Below are positions 35,801-49,521 of a stretch of 64,000 bases of DNA, piece by piece. Positions within the stretch are counted from its first letter, which is position 1. The number at the start of each line of letters is the position of its first letter. The notes under the pieces are model-generated. The model did not search any database. It saw nothing but the letters and a program-made list of their open reading frames with translations, and was not told where the DNA came from. The stretch is from Gracilinanus agilis (lineage: Eukaryota): NCBI RefSeq assembly GCF_016433145.1, contig NC_058132.1, positions 681,189,786-681,253,785 of the forward strand, given 5' to 3'. The translations under genes and the position numbers were made by a program.

Positions 35801-36149
35801 TGAGGAGGTCACCTCTTCTGCTTTGGAACCAATACATAGTATTGATTCTAAGATGGAAGGAAAGGGTTGAACAAATTCATTTTTTAAAAAAGGTTACAAC
35901 TTTTCAACAAAAATTGGCTGTAAAAGGTTTTCCCCAGAGGTCTAAAGTTGTGGTATAAACATCATGAGTAGTTTTAAGAGACAGCACTGAATATCTCAAC
36001 TATTATAGATAACAGGGGGCATTGTTTAGTATTTCTGGTAAGTGTATGACTATTCAGCTGTGTTCCAAGGGTGTCTTGGTATCCCCCCTGGAGGAGTTGG
36101 TGAAGGGACTATAACACCATTTCCTCAATGCTCCAAGTTGTTAGAGAAA

Positions 36150-37070
36150 ATTGAGGGTACAGAGGGAACAGAAGTAAGTAAGGGGGAAAATGGTCTGTGA
36201 GGTAAATGTGAGATGTGACCCTTTCTGGGATAATAGAGTATGGAATAATCTTAAACAGAGAGGAAAGAAGAGGAAAAGGCTACCCATACAACAATGTCTA
36301 GAAACAGACATGAAGATTTGTCTTAGGAAGAATGATCTGGATGCTCTAAGGAGGAAGAAGATGCTTATCCTGCCAAGAATGGTATATGTAAGACAGAATT
36401 CAATAAAGGGAAGAGGAAGAAAAGAAGTAGTTGATGATTCTTCAGTTAAAGAGAATTAAGGTGTCACATAGATTGATAGCGGTCCCAATCAGTGTACTTT
36501 CCCCAATATTTTTCAGAAGTACCTGAGCTGGAGTGAAGGCAGCAGGTAATGAGAGTCATTCATGGTTGGAATTTCTTAACATTGGAGATATGATAAAGGG
36601 GAAGGAACTTGAGAGCAAAAGTTAGTGGAGAGTTTAATTGGATTACTGAAAGGTTCAGATGAGGAATGGAGAATATAAATGGTGTGGGTATGATGGCTTG
36701 GGAAAGAACTGAGGAGTAGAAGGACTAGAGGTCATAGTGAAGATAAAATAATAGAGGTTGTAAATTTGATAAAAAGACAAATTGATAAAAGATTATAATC
36801 AGTTAAAGGAATTTTAGAGTAGAACATAGAAAGTGGACTCTCATGGGTGATAGCAAAATCAAAGCTATCTGCCATCTTGGTATGTACCTGAAGGTAAGGA
36901 AGGGTATGTCATGGGAAATGAATGAACTGAGGAACTTTGAAGTCGGAATGTTTGAGGGGGTATAAACATGTATTTTGAAGTTCCCTATAATGAGTACAGG
37001 AGATGTGGAGAGGAGAAAGACCGGAAGCTAGGCACTGGAAGGAAAGAATGTCCTGTGGTTAGTAGGAAAT
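36150..37070 (-). mobile_element. L2 ORF2-region fragment
   Basis: Purine-rich reverse L2 motifs (gaaggactagaggtcatagtg; gaagttccctataatgag). Confidence 0.55.
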
Positions 37071-37285
37071 AGGAAGTGTTGACTAAATTTTTCAGTCATG
37101 TTTGACTCTTTATGACTCCATTTGGGCTTTTCTTGACAAAGGTGCTGGAGGAAACTGAGTCAAGCAGGGTTAAGTGATTTGCCCAGAGTCACAGAGCCAT
37201 TAAGTTTGAAGTTAGATTTGAACTTAGGAAGATGAGTCTTCCTTATTTGAGGCCCAACACTGTATCCACTGAACCACCTACCTCT
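37070..37285 (-). mobile_element. MAR1-type SINE
   Basis: cagtcatgtttgactctttatgactccatttggg. Confidence 0.8.
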
Positions 37286-37329
37286 TCACAAAACAAGTAT
37301 AAGAAATTTTCTTTTGAATCTTGATTCTA

Positions 37330-37690
37330 AGGTTTAATTGAAAGGACTAAGTATGATTAGCCTGGAGAAAACCAGTAGAGAACATGACAGCAGTCTTAAA
37401 GTATTTAAAGGGCTGTATTGTAGAAGGACTAGATTTGTATCCTTTGTCTCCAGATGATAGAACTAGAAGCAAATTAATAGAAACTGCAGAGGCAAATTTA
37501 GGTTTATTATGAAGAAAAACTTGTTATCAATTAGAGCTGCCAAAAAAATTATGATGAGACATTGGGTTCCCTAACCTCTGGAGATATTCAAGAAAAGATC
37601 AGATAACAGTTTGCCAGGCATCTTGTAAAAGAAATTGTTGAGGTATTGGACTATATACCTTCCAACTCTCCAATTCTGTGATTATTCCTT
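37330..37690 (+). mobile_element. L3/CR1 3' end
   Basis: ttagcctggagaaa...aaagggctgtattgtagaag. Confidence 0.7.
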
Positions 37691-37964
37691 TGGCCTCTTA
37701 AGTGTAGGCATTTCTCATGATCCTCTCTAGGACTCTTTTCCTTTTCCCATGAAAAGTCTACTTCTCCTGGAGCTCACCCACTCCTACAATTTCAATTAAA
37801 ACCTCCATGTAGATGCTTCCCCAATGAGTATTTGTAGTGCAGACCTTTTTCTTCAGCTCCACTCTTAGATTTTCATATGCTTTCCAAATGGCTTATTCTC
37901 CAGGGGATGTCCTGCCCACACTTCAAATTCAACATTTTAAGAAATGAACTCTGCATCTTTGCCT

Positions 37965-39370
37965 TATTAGAAGGTTTAAAATATAGATGTGAAAAATAAA
38001 TACAAGGTAATTTGAGAAGAGATAAACCACTAACAGATTAACAGAGAAGGGGGTAAACAAGGTCAATCTCTGCAGAAGATCAGGATGGCTAGTGATATAA
38101 TTTCTTTAGAAAATCCTAGAAAATGATTAAAAGAACTGATAACTTTAATAAATTAAACTGACACAAAGTAAAACAAAAAAAAGAACTAACCATTTTTCAT
38201 ATGGCAATAACAAAATTCTGAAGGCAGAAATAAAAAGTGGAGTCCCATTCAGAATAAGCTGAAAATACATAATATATTTGGGAATTTAGATACTGGAGCA
38301 CACTCAAGATTTATAAAAATACAATTAAATAAACAAAAAAAATGATTCATATATATCTGGATGGATAATCACAGTCCATGGCTGGGTTATAGTAATATCA
38401 TAAAAATGAAACTACCTAAACTAATTTGCAGATTTAATTTTGTATGAGACAAATTACCAAGAGAATTCTATATAGGGCGATGACAACAACAAAGTAATAG
38501 CAGACTCCATTTGGAGGGGGGGAAAGAATGAATCTCAAAGGATGTAACAAAAAAGAAGAAGGAAGGAAGAATTTATACCATATATTAGTATTCATCAAAA
38601 ATGTTTGGTATTGGTCAAACAATAGAAAAGTGGATGAGTAGAGTAAACTAAATAAAGAAGAATCAGAAATAATTAAACTCCATAATGCAACTCAAGAACA
38701 TAAACTGCTTGAGGAAGTACTCCTTAATTTTCAATAACTACTGGGAAAATCAGAAAGCAATTAGGAAAAATTTAGACTTAGGCCAACATTTTATATCTCA
38801 TATTATAATAAATTCAAAATGGAAATCTGACCCAAATATTAAATATCACATCACAAAACATTTTGAGAGAAACAGATCACATACATTTCAGAGAGAGAAT
38901 TCTTTGTGAAATAATGCATAGAGGCAAACAAGACAAACAAAATGGATCATTGAAATTACATGATACTCAAAAATGTTTGCAATAACAAAATTAATGCTAC
39001 TCGGTTAAGAGAAGCAGCAGCAACTCAGCAAAAATGTTTGTATCAAACATCTCTGCTTAGATTCTGATATCTAAAATATATAGGGACTGCCCAGAAATAT
39101 TTAAAACCAAAAATATTCCCTAATGGATAAATATTCAAATTATGTCAACAAACAGTTCTCAGAATGAGAATTTTGCAGATATTAAAAATCATAAGAATAT
39201 TGCATCCAATCACTAATAGTAAAAGAGATACAAATGATAATAACTTAAAAAGTTTCATCTGATATGCAGCACATTGGAAAACATGGCAACAGATAGAAAT
39301 AGTCTATATTTGAAGTGCTTTTTGAAGAAGGGCACAGTTATATATTGGTGATGAACTTGTGACTTGGTCC
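37965..39370 (+). mobile_element. Old L1 ORF2 fragment (RT core toward C-terminus)
   Basis: tctctgcagaagat (L-F-A-D-D region), ttagaaaatcctaga (LENP), atatttggga (KYLG). Confidence 0.75.
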
Positions 39371-39824
39371 AGCCAGAAGAGAAAGCAAGTCAGAATAATC
39401 ATTCAATCAACAAATGTATTAAGTATTTACCATAAGTCAGGCATTGTACTAGATGCTAAGAGCACAAAGACAAAAGGGAAATAGTCCCTGACCTCAAAGG
39501 TGCTACAGTCTGATGGAGAAGATAACATTTACATACATGTATCCAGAATATATACGAAGTTATTATGAAGAAGTTTTGAGGGAGCACAACATGGCTTCAT
39601 CCATGTAGGTGCTGAGAACAATGGCAGAGCCATTGGAACTAAATGCCGTGGAATCCTAATGATCCAGATTCCCCCAAAAGAGCATATATGATAATGCATC
39701 TCCCTTCCACTTATATAGAGGTGGTATTTTTTGGATATGGAACACTGCATCTCATGTTAGCCTTCATGTTTTATCTTTCATGAATTTTCATACACACATA
39801 CCCTTTTTATTCTTTGTTATAAAG

Positions 39825-39990
39825 CAGGGGTCGGCCACCTTTTTGGCCGTGAGAGCCATAAATGCCACATTTTTTAAAATGTAGTTCCGTGAGAGCTGTA
39901 CAGCGCTCACAGTGCGGCTCCTGTAACAGCCCCTGAAAAAAAATGGACTTTATGGCTCCTGCAGAAAGAGCCATACGTTGCCGACCCCTG
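39825..39990. mobile_element. CpG-retaining hAT MITE, 166 bp
   Basis: TIRs caggggtcggccac / gttgccgacccctg (13/14); 8-bp TSD ttataaag / ttataagg (7/8); 7 CpGs. Confidence 0.92.
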
Positions 39991-40299
39991 TTATAAGGGA
40001 TGGTTCTCTGGGAAGGAGATGGAGAGACATTTTGTTAAGTTTAGATGATGCAGAAACAAAACCGATTCATAATCTTAGAAAAAAATACAAACAGTGTAGA
40101 TAAGAAAGAGAGAATATTCCAGGGATGGCTCACAGGTAAGCTATCAATGATTCCTGACCTCTCCCACCTGACACTGTTCTTTCTTTTCCTCTCCAAATAT
40201 TTTATAAGCACTTAATCTGGTTCTTTCTTTTGTCCATCACCTTTTTGTCTGATCTTATATCAGGTTTACCCTTTGGTATACAGTATTGTATGTGTGTTA

Positions 40300-40960
40300 T
40301 AGAATATGTGCTGATGTTACTATACATGTATGTGTGCATGCTTTAACACATCATATACATAGTGCACATCACACATTATTCACATGTGCACACATGTGTG
40401 ATGCATGCTAAGCAGGTATCGAATGTTCGTATAAACATGTGTGGCACGTATGATTTTGTGTGATATATATTAAGTGTGTATATACATATGTGGTATATTA
40501 TACCTGTGTGTATGAGATATGTATTCTGCATTTATTATATAGTAGTTCTATACACATCTAAGTATATATACTATATATGTATATATACACACATATATAC
40601 ATGCATATATCATGTAATCCTATACACACAAGGGCAACTCTAATATCAGATAGAGAATAACCTGGGCAAAGGAGTGAACCAGGCTGAGTGTTTAAGGAAT
40701 ATTTTGAGAGGAAAAAAAAGTACATTGTCAGATGGGAGAAGTCAAGGATCACAGATAGGTAAGCTGGGAGTAATCTCTGGAATATCCTCCATTTCTTATC
40801 CTCACTTTCCATAATGAAAAACTACGGCTATGTTTGTATATACTATACATATAAATATAATGTTTATATACATGTATTAGGTACTGCCTATATATGTGTT
40901 GTACATGCACAAATGTGTATATGTCATCATGTGTGTTGACATGACGTGTGTGGCATGTTT
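40300..40960. repeat. Degenerate (TG/CA/TA)n low-complexity tracts
   Basis: Long alternating purine-pyrimidine runs. Confidence 0.8.
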
Positions 40961-42649
40961 CTCTAATAAAAAGGAATTTCTTTGAGGACAATGATTTTTT
41001 TCTTTGTATCCCCCATTGCTTAACAGTGCCTGTCACAGAACAGTGGTTTAGTAAATATTCACTGACCTGGGTGGAAGTTTCTATATCCAAAAATAGAGTT
41101 TGGTACTCACATAAACTTTGATTAAAACAGTTGCTTCTACGTAGAACCAGATCCAGCTGAAATATCACAGCATTTTTGTAGATAAATAGTGACAGGGAAA
41201 GTGTTTGCATAGGTTATCATTTTTTCTTCCTTGCTCTAGGGGGAAGTGTAGACTTGTCAATTATCTAACTAATTATATAGCCATACTGGATAATATGCAT
41301 CCATTTGTACATTGCATATGCACATAGAGACATACACAGTGTCCACAATGAACTCAGAATTAGTCTTTTTGACTTCCTTTATCAACCAAATCAGTTGGGT
41401 TGTTGACATGCCCATTTCACTTTGGGAAGGGTACACTTGGCCATAACACAGCAATAAAATTATTCCTATTAGATGATGTCTATAAAGATGTGATGGAACA
41501 ATTCAGCAAATCAAATTATGGTATTCGAAATCTGTATTCAGGAGGAAGAAATGATTGAAGCAACAGAGCTCTTAACTGAAGGATGTAATTTGTTGAAAAT
41601 AACTACTCTTTCAAAACATTTTCCAAAAGAAATCCTGATAAACTGTGGCTCCAATAATCTAGTCCATGAAAAAAAAAATAAATGAAAACATCACAAAAGA
41701 AAGAAGGCTTTTCAAATCTTTGGTAGAGGGGTGGAGTGTAGGGCTTCCGGATCACTTACAACTCTAAGATTTTATAATTTTGTGATTTGTGAGCACCTCA
41801 AATATCTAAAACGACAGTGATAGCATCTTCCCTTTAATTATAAGCCTCACTTGTGAGATATGTGTATGTATATATGTATGAGTATATGTATGGCACAACA
41901 CTATGTATAGTATATAAATAATTATAATAGATATGTCATGAATATAACACATAAAATAGAAATGCATTGTATGTCGTAAGTATAATAAATGATTTTAAAA
42001 ATAAACATTTTAGATACAATTATATATGTATATATAATGTGCCAAATACAAAAAAAAATAGAAAAAAGTAATGGTTATCATTTAGAATTATAGAATTTTA
42101 AGGTTTAAAACTTTTTAGACCTTAGGGATCATTTAATTTATCTCCTTCATTTTATAAGTGATGAAATTAAGATCCAAAGATATGAAGTGTTTTTTTTTAA
42201 GATTACAGAGTTAAGTAGTGGCAAACCTGAGTATGGAACTCTGATTTTGTGATTGTGGTGCCCTTCCTCCCACATCAGGGGCAATAGATGTGGTGCTTTT
42301 ATTCTTTTTCTCCTCCTTTACAAATAAGTAAATGAGTTACAAAGAGATTTAATCCAATTTCATAGACCAAGTGAGAAGTCTGTATGGAAGGATTTATTTA
42401 CAGGCCTTAATTTAAAATTAATTTTGATTTTGCTCTACAAAATGTACAGAATGCAGTCATGAGGCTGATTATTATATAGCTCCCAAGAATGTTTATTTCC
42501 TTTATGTTAAGGTATAAATCAATTTCATTTTTATGACCTTGTTTGGCCCTGAACAAACAAGTGCCCTACAACCTTCTAACTCTCTTTTTTTAAATAAGCA
42601 AATATTCATGAAATATGGACTTTTGAGCAAGCTACAAGTCCTCAAAGTT

Positions 42650-42900
42650 GAACCATATTTTATAAGATGTTGTTGATCAGTCATATCTGACACTATGTGA
42701 CTCAATATGGGATTTTCTTGGCAAAGATACTGGAGTATTTTTTCATTTCCTTCTCCAGCTCATTTTATTGAAGAGGAAACGAAGACAAACAGGGTTAAAC
42801 AACTTACCCAGGGTCACACTAAGTATCTGAGACAAAATTCAAACTCATGTTTTCTGGATTCTAGGTCTGATGCTTTATTTGCTATTTATTTACCTAGCTG
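42650..42900 (-). mobile_element. MAR1-type SINE
   Basis: ttttcttggcaaagatactggagt...tacctagctgccc. Confidence 0.85.
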
Positions 42901-42904
42901 CCCT

Positions 42905-43220
42905 TATTTTATAAGATACTTTTGTTATAGTATTTTTTTCTTATTCTTATTTCTTATTCAATTGTCAGTAATTTATTTCTTATTCAATTGTCAGTAATCA
43001 CAAATATCTCACAATACAAAGGAAAATAGATTAGATGACTATAGAAGAAACTGAAGTTATCTATCATATGTATTCATTTATCCCACTACTAACTAATTGT
43101 TCTTCTGTCTACTCTGCGTGCTTTTAAAAGGATTTGTTTCATAGTCTGTTTTATTTTAATCTCTACTATACATCCCCCAAACCACTTTCCCTCTCACCAT
43201 GTGAATGCCCTCCTTTTTAA
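42905..43220 (-). mobile_element. L1 3' end
   Basis: Reverse L1 3'UTR-like sequence starting with a T-rich tail. Confidence 0.5.
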
Positions 43221-44084
43221 CAAATACATTATGAATTGGCCTCAGTGCAAGTCACTTAACCCCAATTTCCTAACCCTTACCATTCTTTTGCCTAGGAACT
43301 AATGGTTCTAAGACAAAAGGTAAGGATTTTTTTAAGAATTAGACTAAAACAGAAGATAATTGTTTTAAAAACCAAACCAAAAATCCAAACACATTATCCA
43401 TGGCAAGCCAATATTGATCGTGTATTAGAATGCATATCTGGTTTTAAAGCTCGATTACGTTTAAACCAAAGTGTGAATTCTAGGCTTTATCATCAATTTT
43501 TTGAAGTCATGATAGGTTGCTGCTTTAATCCAAGTTCTGAGATCTTTCAGACCCACATACTTTTATCATACTTTCTGGAGCCTGTCATCAAATCAAACTT
43601 ACCAAGCACTTCATCTGGAAACTCTCAATAATTTCTCAACTTTATGATCTATAACCAATGTTTATGCATCAGCTGCAATCATCTTCATGGTTTTTTTGTT
43701 TATATTTCTCATGATCAGTAAAAGAAAAAAATACCAATGTCTTATGAAATGATGTTGCTCATTCCTTTTGGCCATACCATGAAGCTGACTCCACCACCTA
43801 CTTTACCTAACCAACGTGAACTACTTTTTGTTTAACTTCAGCTTTCTTTTGTCTAATGACTTCATTCATTACAAGAATGCCAATGGAGTTGCAGTTTGGT
43901 TATTCCAATAGTATATCGACTTGTTGGTAACTGGACAAAGATCTCAGATTTTGAGTACCTGTAATAGCTTATAATTGGCCTAGCAAACTAGTACCCTTTT
44001 ATCTATTTCACTCCCATCCCTTACTGTAACTTTGAAAGGGGCAAAACTGAGATCAATTTTATCTGTAGCATTATTTGAGGGGTT

Positions 44085-44345
44085 TGTTGCTGTAGTTCAA
44101 TGGGGTTTTTTCAGTTGTATCCAACTCTTCATTACCTCTTTTGGGGTTTTCTTGGCAAAAGATACAGGAGTAGTTTTGCCATTTCCCTTTCCAGCTCATT
44201 TTACAGATAAAGAAACTGAGACAAACAAGGTTAAGTGACTTTCCCAGTTTCACACAGTTAGTATCTGAGGCAAGATTTGAACTCGGATAGGTGAGTCTTC
44301 CTGAGTCCAAACCTGGCATTCTATCCACTATACTACCTAACTGCC
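44085..44345 (-). mobile_element. MAR1-type SINE
   Basis: ttttcttggcaaaagatacagg...ctatccactatactacctaactgcc. Confidence 0.85.
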
Positions 44346-46449
44346 TTTTGGGGGATTGCTATGGGTCAAAGAACTAATTTCCTAGTGGTCAACTTACTGT
44401 TGACAAATCTCTCTAATTTCCAACCTGGTCCTCATATAGCATACTCTGATCCTGAAATGATTCTTGAAACTTTCCATCACAATGCAGTCTAACAGTGCCC
44501 ACACTTTTGTAATGAATCTTCAGGAACCCAGGTTCTTGTCCATACCATTATGAAGCATTAGTGTAAGATTAAAAGGACAATAAATATTTCTCTGCAGGAA
44601 ATCATAGAATTTTAGTTTTTGAAGGTACCTTGGAGGTCATGTAGTTTAGCATCCTCATTTTACAGATAAAGTAAATCATGGATGTTCAGAGAGGTGACTC
44701 TTGAGTGTTGCACAGGTGATGTGAGATCTAGACCTTGATCTCTGGCTCAGTGACTCCCAGTGCAATGCCCTTTCCAGTAGTCAAATAGCTTTGGTTTCAT
44801 TCTATTTGTTCAAATATTTCTTGGTACATGTTACTGCTATTTCTAGGGACTGAAATGAGACAGGATAAGATAGGAAACTATCCTGCTTCTTTTCAAGAGG
44901 GTCTAAAATAACCCCATTTCTTTTCTTTCCTTCCACTTCAAGCACTATTATCAACACATCAAAGCAAAAAAAGTTTGTCGATAACATGGTAACCAAGAAC
45001 AATAGAGACTAAGAAGAAATGGGGGAAATGCTTTAGAAATATTCAGCAAAACAAGTCAGTCCCTGGACAATAAAGAAACATAAAAAATGATGAAGTTAAG
45101 CCATCCTTCTTTTCCCACTGATGTTGACCTTCTTCTCATTGCTCCTACTGTGTATATATTTGTTAAAGGGCTCTGCGCTTAATTGAAAGTATCCAAGTGT
45201 GAGTCTTACATGTGCCTGGATAAAGCTAGAAAAGTTAAACCATGAATAAAAATGGCAAATGTTGACAGCCAGGAAGTTCATCAGCAATAGATGCTTATCA
45301 TGTTATTAAAAGTAACCTTGGAACTCTACTTCCCCAGTTTAATGGAAAATGGATGCATCATGAGGTTGATAGGTCACAAAGGAGAGTTTTGTGTTTCTTT
45401 TTAGCATTTTCTCCTGGCAGTTGTGGCTCTATTCTACTCTGGGGGGAAATGGATTATACTATCCATAGAATGTAAGTCCCTCAAGTGGGTACAAAAAGAG
45501 TTCTTTTTTCTTTCACATAAATCTAGATGGAGAGGGAATGGGTCTGCTGGACAAAAAAAGGAAGCCATCACTTGTTTTTTTTTTTAATTTATAAATTAAA
45601 ATCATTTTCTTTTAAAGTTTGAAATTTCAGAGCTAAGTTAAAAAGGAGGTGGTCAAGTCCTATAGCAAAGAGGGAGGGTCAGGAGATGGACAGCCAGAGG
45701 AATACAATGGCCCTCACTTAACTGGAAAAGAACCAGAGGAAAGCCATGTTAGGTAGACCATCCATGAAGAACTTTCAGAGATATCTGGAAAGTTGAGTAA
45801 AGGGCCTGGAGTGCAAGTTTCACCTTCATCACTATTACCCATGTCTTAAAGCTGTTAGAGAGGACTATTTCCCAGAAGATTATTGTGTCTGCCATTGGGG
45901 GAGATTTCAAGCTACCATTGATTTCAGAGAGGCTGAAAGACAGGGCTAGTCTCTTTTCACGAGGTAAAGTAAACCTTGTGAGAAATTGTTTCAGATTGGT
46001 TGAATGCTGTGGAAACTCCAACCTTTTCATGGCATAAGATACTCCCATGTCCCTAGAAATATATCTCTTCATTAGCTTCTCAAACTGATTTGACTACAGT
46101 GGAAACTTATCCTTCAAGTCTGGACACAACTTTCTCACTCTGTCTTTTCCATTTAGTATCATGTTTCCTAGCCAATGACTCTTGTTTTTGCATAACTCAC
46201 CAGTATGATGCCTCCATGGTTGTTTATGAGAAGAGGACTTCTAATCTTGACCTTTTGTTATTCCTCTGAGAGAAAGGCTTCAGCATCAGTGACAGCCCAG
46301 GGCAGGTCTATATCAACTGGCATCAGAAAACAGTTTCCTGGCTTTTGTTGAATTTCTAGGTTCTTCATTATAGTGGTCTATATGGTCAGAAGACTGAGGT
46401 GTTTCAAGGCTGAAATATGTGATTGGAAACCCTGGTTATACTTTTCAGA

Positions 46450-46930
46450 GCATGGAGATTTCCCTGATACATATTCATTGCTTCAGGAAGCAACCAAAAC
46501 CAAGAGTGTCAGAATATGTTGGGTTTTTCCATGAAGGCATTAAAAGATGTCATAACCTAAGAAGGGGAGAAACTGGAGATGTTAGATTGGCAAAAGGAAA
46601 ATGTAGAAAGGGATATAGCTTTTTAAAAATATTTGGAGGGTTATCATGTGGAAGATGGACTGGACTTATGGTGATTGGCTCCAGAAGCCAAAACTATGAA
46701 TGATGGGTGATAACTTCAATGATTCATATTTAGGGTTGGTGTAAGGAAGACCTTCTTAACCATAAAAACTGTTCCAGATTGGGATGGGCTATCTCAAGAG
46801 GTGTTGAGTTGCCCCTTGCTATAGGATCTCAAGGATAGAGTAGAGAACCACTTCTCAGGGATGTTGTTGATGGAATTCTTATTCAAGTATAAGTTGGACC
46901 ACATGACCTTTGAGCATCTTCCATCTCTTA
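46450..46930 (+). mobile_element. L3/CR1 3' region
   Basis: atcatgtggaagatggactggactt...atgacctttgag. Confidence 0.65.
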
Positions 46931-48307
46931 GGTTCTTTGGTGCTGGTTGACTTAACTCTACATTTTTCTAAAAGACAGAACTATGAGAATTGTGTGAATG
47001 TTGCTGAGAGGTAGACTCAGGGTCAAATCAAATAATTAGAGATGTCCAAATTTGAAATGAATTTCCTTAGGACCTAATGAATTGCACCCTTCTTTAATGT
47101 TATTCAAACAGAGTGTATGACCACTTGTAAACAAACACTGTTGTAGAGTTGTGGGCTTATTTGTGGGTCATCTGAAATATTTTTGTAAGCTATAATCTTT
47201 TGGTTTATATTCTATATTAAGGTTCACCAATAACTTTGACCACTAAACTCCAGCCCTAAGACATAAACAATGCAAGTTTATTCCTCCCCATCTTATAGAC
47301 AATCACCTCAATGAAGTTAATAACAACAGCAATACCTAATAATTAATTTTGCAAAGTGCTTTATGTACAGGATTTCATTTGATACTCATACCAACCCTAT
47401 TAGAAGGTGCTATTATAATCCATATTTTATAGATTGGAAAACTGGCTAAGAGTTTACATGATTTGTCCAGGTCTACACAGCTAGGAAATGAAATGAAGTA
47501 GGATTTGAACTTCGATCTTTTTGATACCAGATGTAGCTAGATTCCTCCTAAATTACCTGATGATTTTCACACAGGTAATACTTGTCAGATCAAGGACTCA
47601 AAACCTGGACTTTATATTCTCCGGTCTACCATTCTTCCAGGCTGTTGGACACTACATTATTAGATGCCGGGTATCTAGGAATCGGCTCTGAATTTGAAGT
47701 CAAGAGAATCTGGTTTAAATCCTCGTCTACTGCTTATTCCCTGTATGACCCTGGGCAAATCACCCCCTTTCTGAATATCAGATCCTTCTTCTGTCTTCAC
47801 ATATGGTTGGGCCAAATGACCTTAAGGAAGGTCCCTTTTGCCTCCAAAACTGTGCTCTTGTCACCAAAAGTTCGATGCAAAACTCCATTCCAGGACTCGT
47901 CTTTGCAGCAGAAATTTGCTTTGAGGCCTCATGGATCAAGCACATACTGTATGAATGAATGAATGAACAGATAATCTTTTGTGCATCAAAAGTAAAATTA
48001 TCTCCTGCTCTACTAAGAGAGAGAAGATGTTCATCTTCTCATATACATGTGTGTGAAACCATTTCTTTAAAATGGGAGCGCTTAAATGACACGGGGCACG
48101 CTTCTGTAGACGACACATCAGTGTCCATTCATTGCATAAAGAGAGAGCCGAGATTCCAGGGGAAAATTCTGTGGAAGTCGGTGTACAAAGAAAAGTGGAA
48201 GCATCTGCTTAATATATACAACATTAGAATTTAATTTTCCCTCCACTAGCCTTTTGTGTCGCGGCAGTGCTGAAGCTGAGCGCAGAAGCCTAGGAGTGCC
48301 GTGTCAG

Positions 48308-48471
48308 NNNNNNNNNNNNNNNNNNNNNNNNNNNNNNNNNNNNNNNNNNNNNNNNNNNNNNNNNNNNNNNNNNNNNNNNNNNNNNNNNNNNNNNNNNNNN
48401 NNNNNNNNNNNNNNNNNNNNNNNNNNNNNNNNNNNNNNNNNNNNNNNNNNNNNNNNNNNNNNNNNNNNNNN
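48308..48471. other. Assembly gap (164 N)
   Basis: Run of N next to a CpG cluster. Confidence 1.
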
Positions 48472-48572
48472 TCCCAGGGCTCACAGCGATGGGGCTTATT
48501 ATTGGAGGACCAGGAAGACCAAGGTACCAGTTGGTACAGAATAACCCAAGTGCTAAGAGAGGGGAAAATAAG
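48472..48572 (+). other. Candidate exon 3' portion (5' edge hidden in the gap)
   Basis: Two frames are open over 101 nt and end at AAG|GTATGA; neither peptide is recognised. Confidence 0.3.
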
Positions 48573-48602
48573 GTATGAGTCTCTGGGAGACTTCTGTACA
48601 AT

Positions 48603-48604
48603 AT

Positions 48605-48639
<35 letters not shown>

Positions 48640-48660
48640 TACATATATATATATATATAT
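48603..48660. repeat. (AC)13-(AT)9 compound microsatellite
   Basis: Read directly. Confidence 0.97.
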
Positions 48661-49521
48661 TTAGTGAATAAGTAATCCCATGGTCATCAAAAACAAATCC
48701 TAAATCCTGCTTATATGATGCTACTGATGTTCATTATTATATTGTTTGTCTGAAGACATAAGACTGTCTCAACTATCCTGAGAGTTATACCAAACCAGAT
48801 CTAAAATTGTCAGATTGGGTAAAAAACAAAAAAAGATGATTTTTATTTGTTTAAATCTCTCTTCATCTCACTCTATCCATCTCTTTCTCTCTCTCTTCAT
48901 CTATCCATCCATCCATCCTTCCATCTATATATTATCTTTCTCTCTATCTAATCTATCTCTACCTTAATTATTATGATAATTAAACCAGTTGGTAAATACA
49001 ATGTTAGGAAGAAATTGATGTTAAATTTATAAATCCTAGTTTTGATATTTAGATAGTCTCTCACTGGAGTGTGCAAAAATATTTCCTGAACCCTAGTTAG
49101 TTAATGTTACTGTGGTGTGAATTTAGAGTATGTCTGCTTTTTCTTTCTTTTTCTTCTATTTTTCAGCTTGAGAAAAGTAAGAGAAATATGAGAAAACATT
49201 TTCAGTGCAGATAGTACTTACCCCTGGTATGTTACTATTAACATCTTTAAAAAAAATCTTTGTCATACTCTGATGTCTGCCCCTTCCTTCATCCCTTCCA
49301 TTGGTCTAGCAGCAGCTGAAAAGGTACATACATACCTAGGAATTGATTAGTCAACTACCATGTTATCGATCACTACTGTGTGCTAGAACCTGGGGATTGA
49401 AAGACAAAAAAATGAAACAATTTCTATCCACAAGGAGCTCTTGTTTGAAGGAGGGAGACAACAAATATGTACTTGTGTATATACAGAATAAATACAAAGT
49501 AGTTCAATAATGAATCTAACA

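Noticed and set aside
43597-43620. Minus-strand 12-nt microexon ccag|ATGAAGTGCTTG|gtaagt
   Set aside because: No pyrimidine tract upstream; such AG..GTAAGT pairs are expected by chance in 64 kb.
45749-46072. 107-aa minus ORF and overlapping plus frame with GGDFKLP (EN-like GDFN)
   Set aside because: The similarity is a few residues with no other endonuclease motifs; unsupported without a profile search.
48255-48275. TTCAGCAC (minus strand) as a REST/NRSE site
   Set aside because: Only the left half-site; no GGACAG right half.
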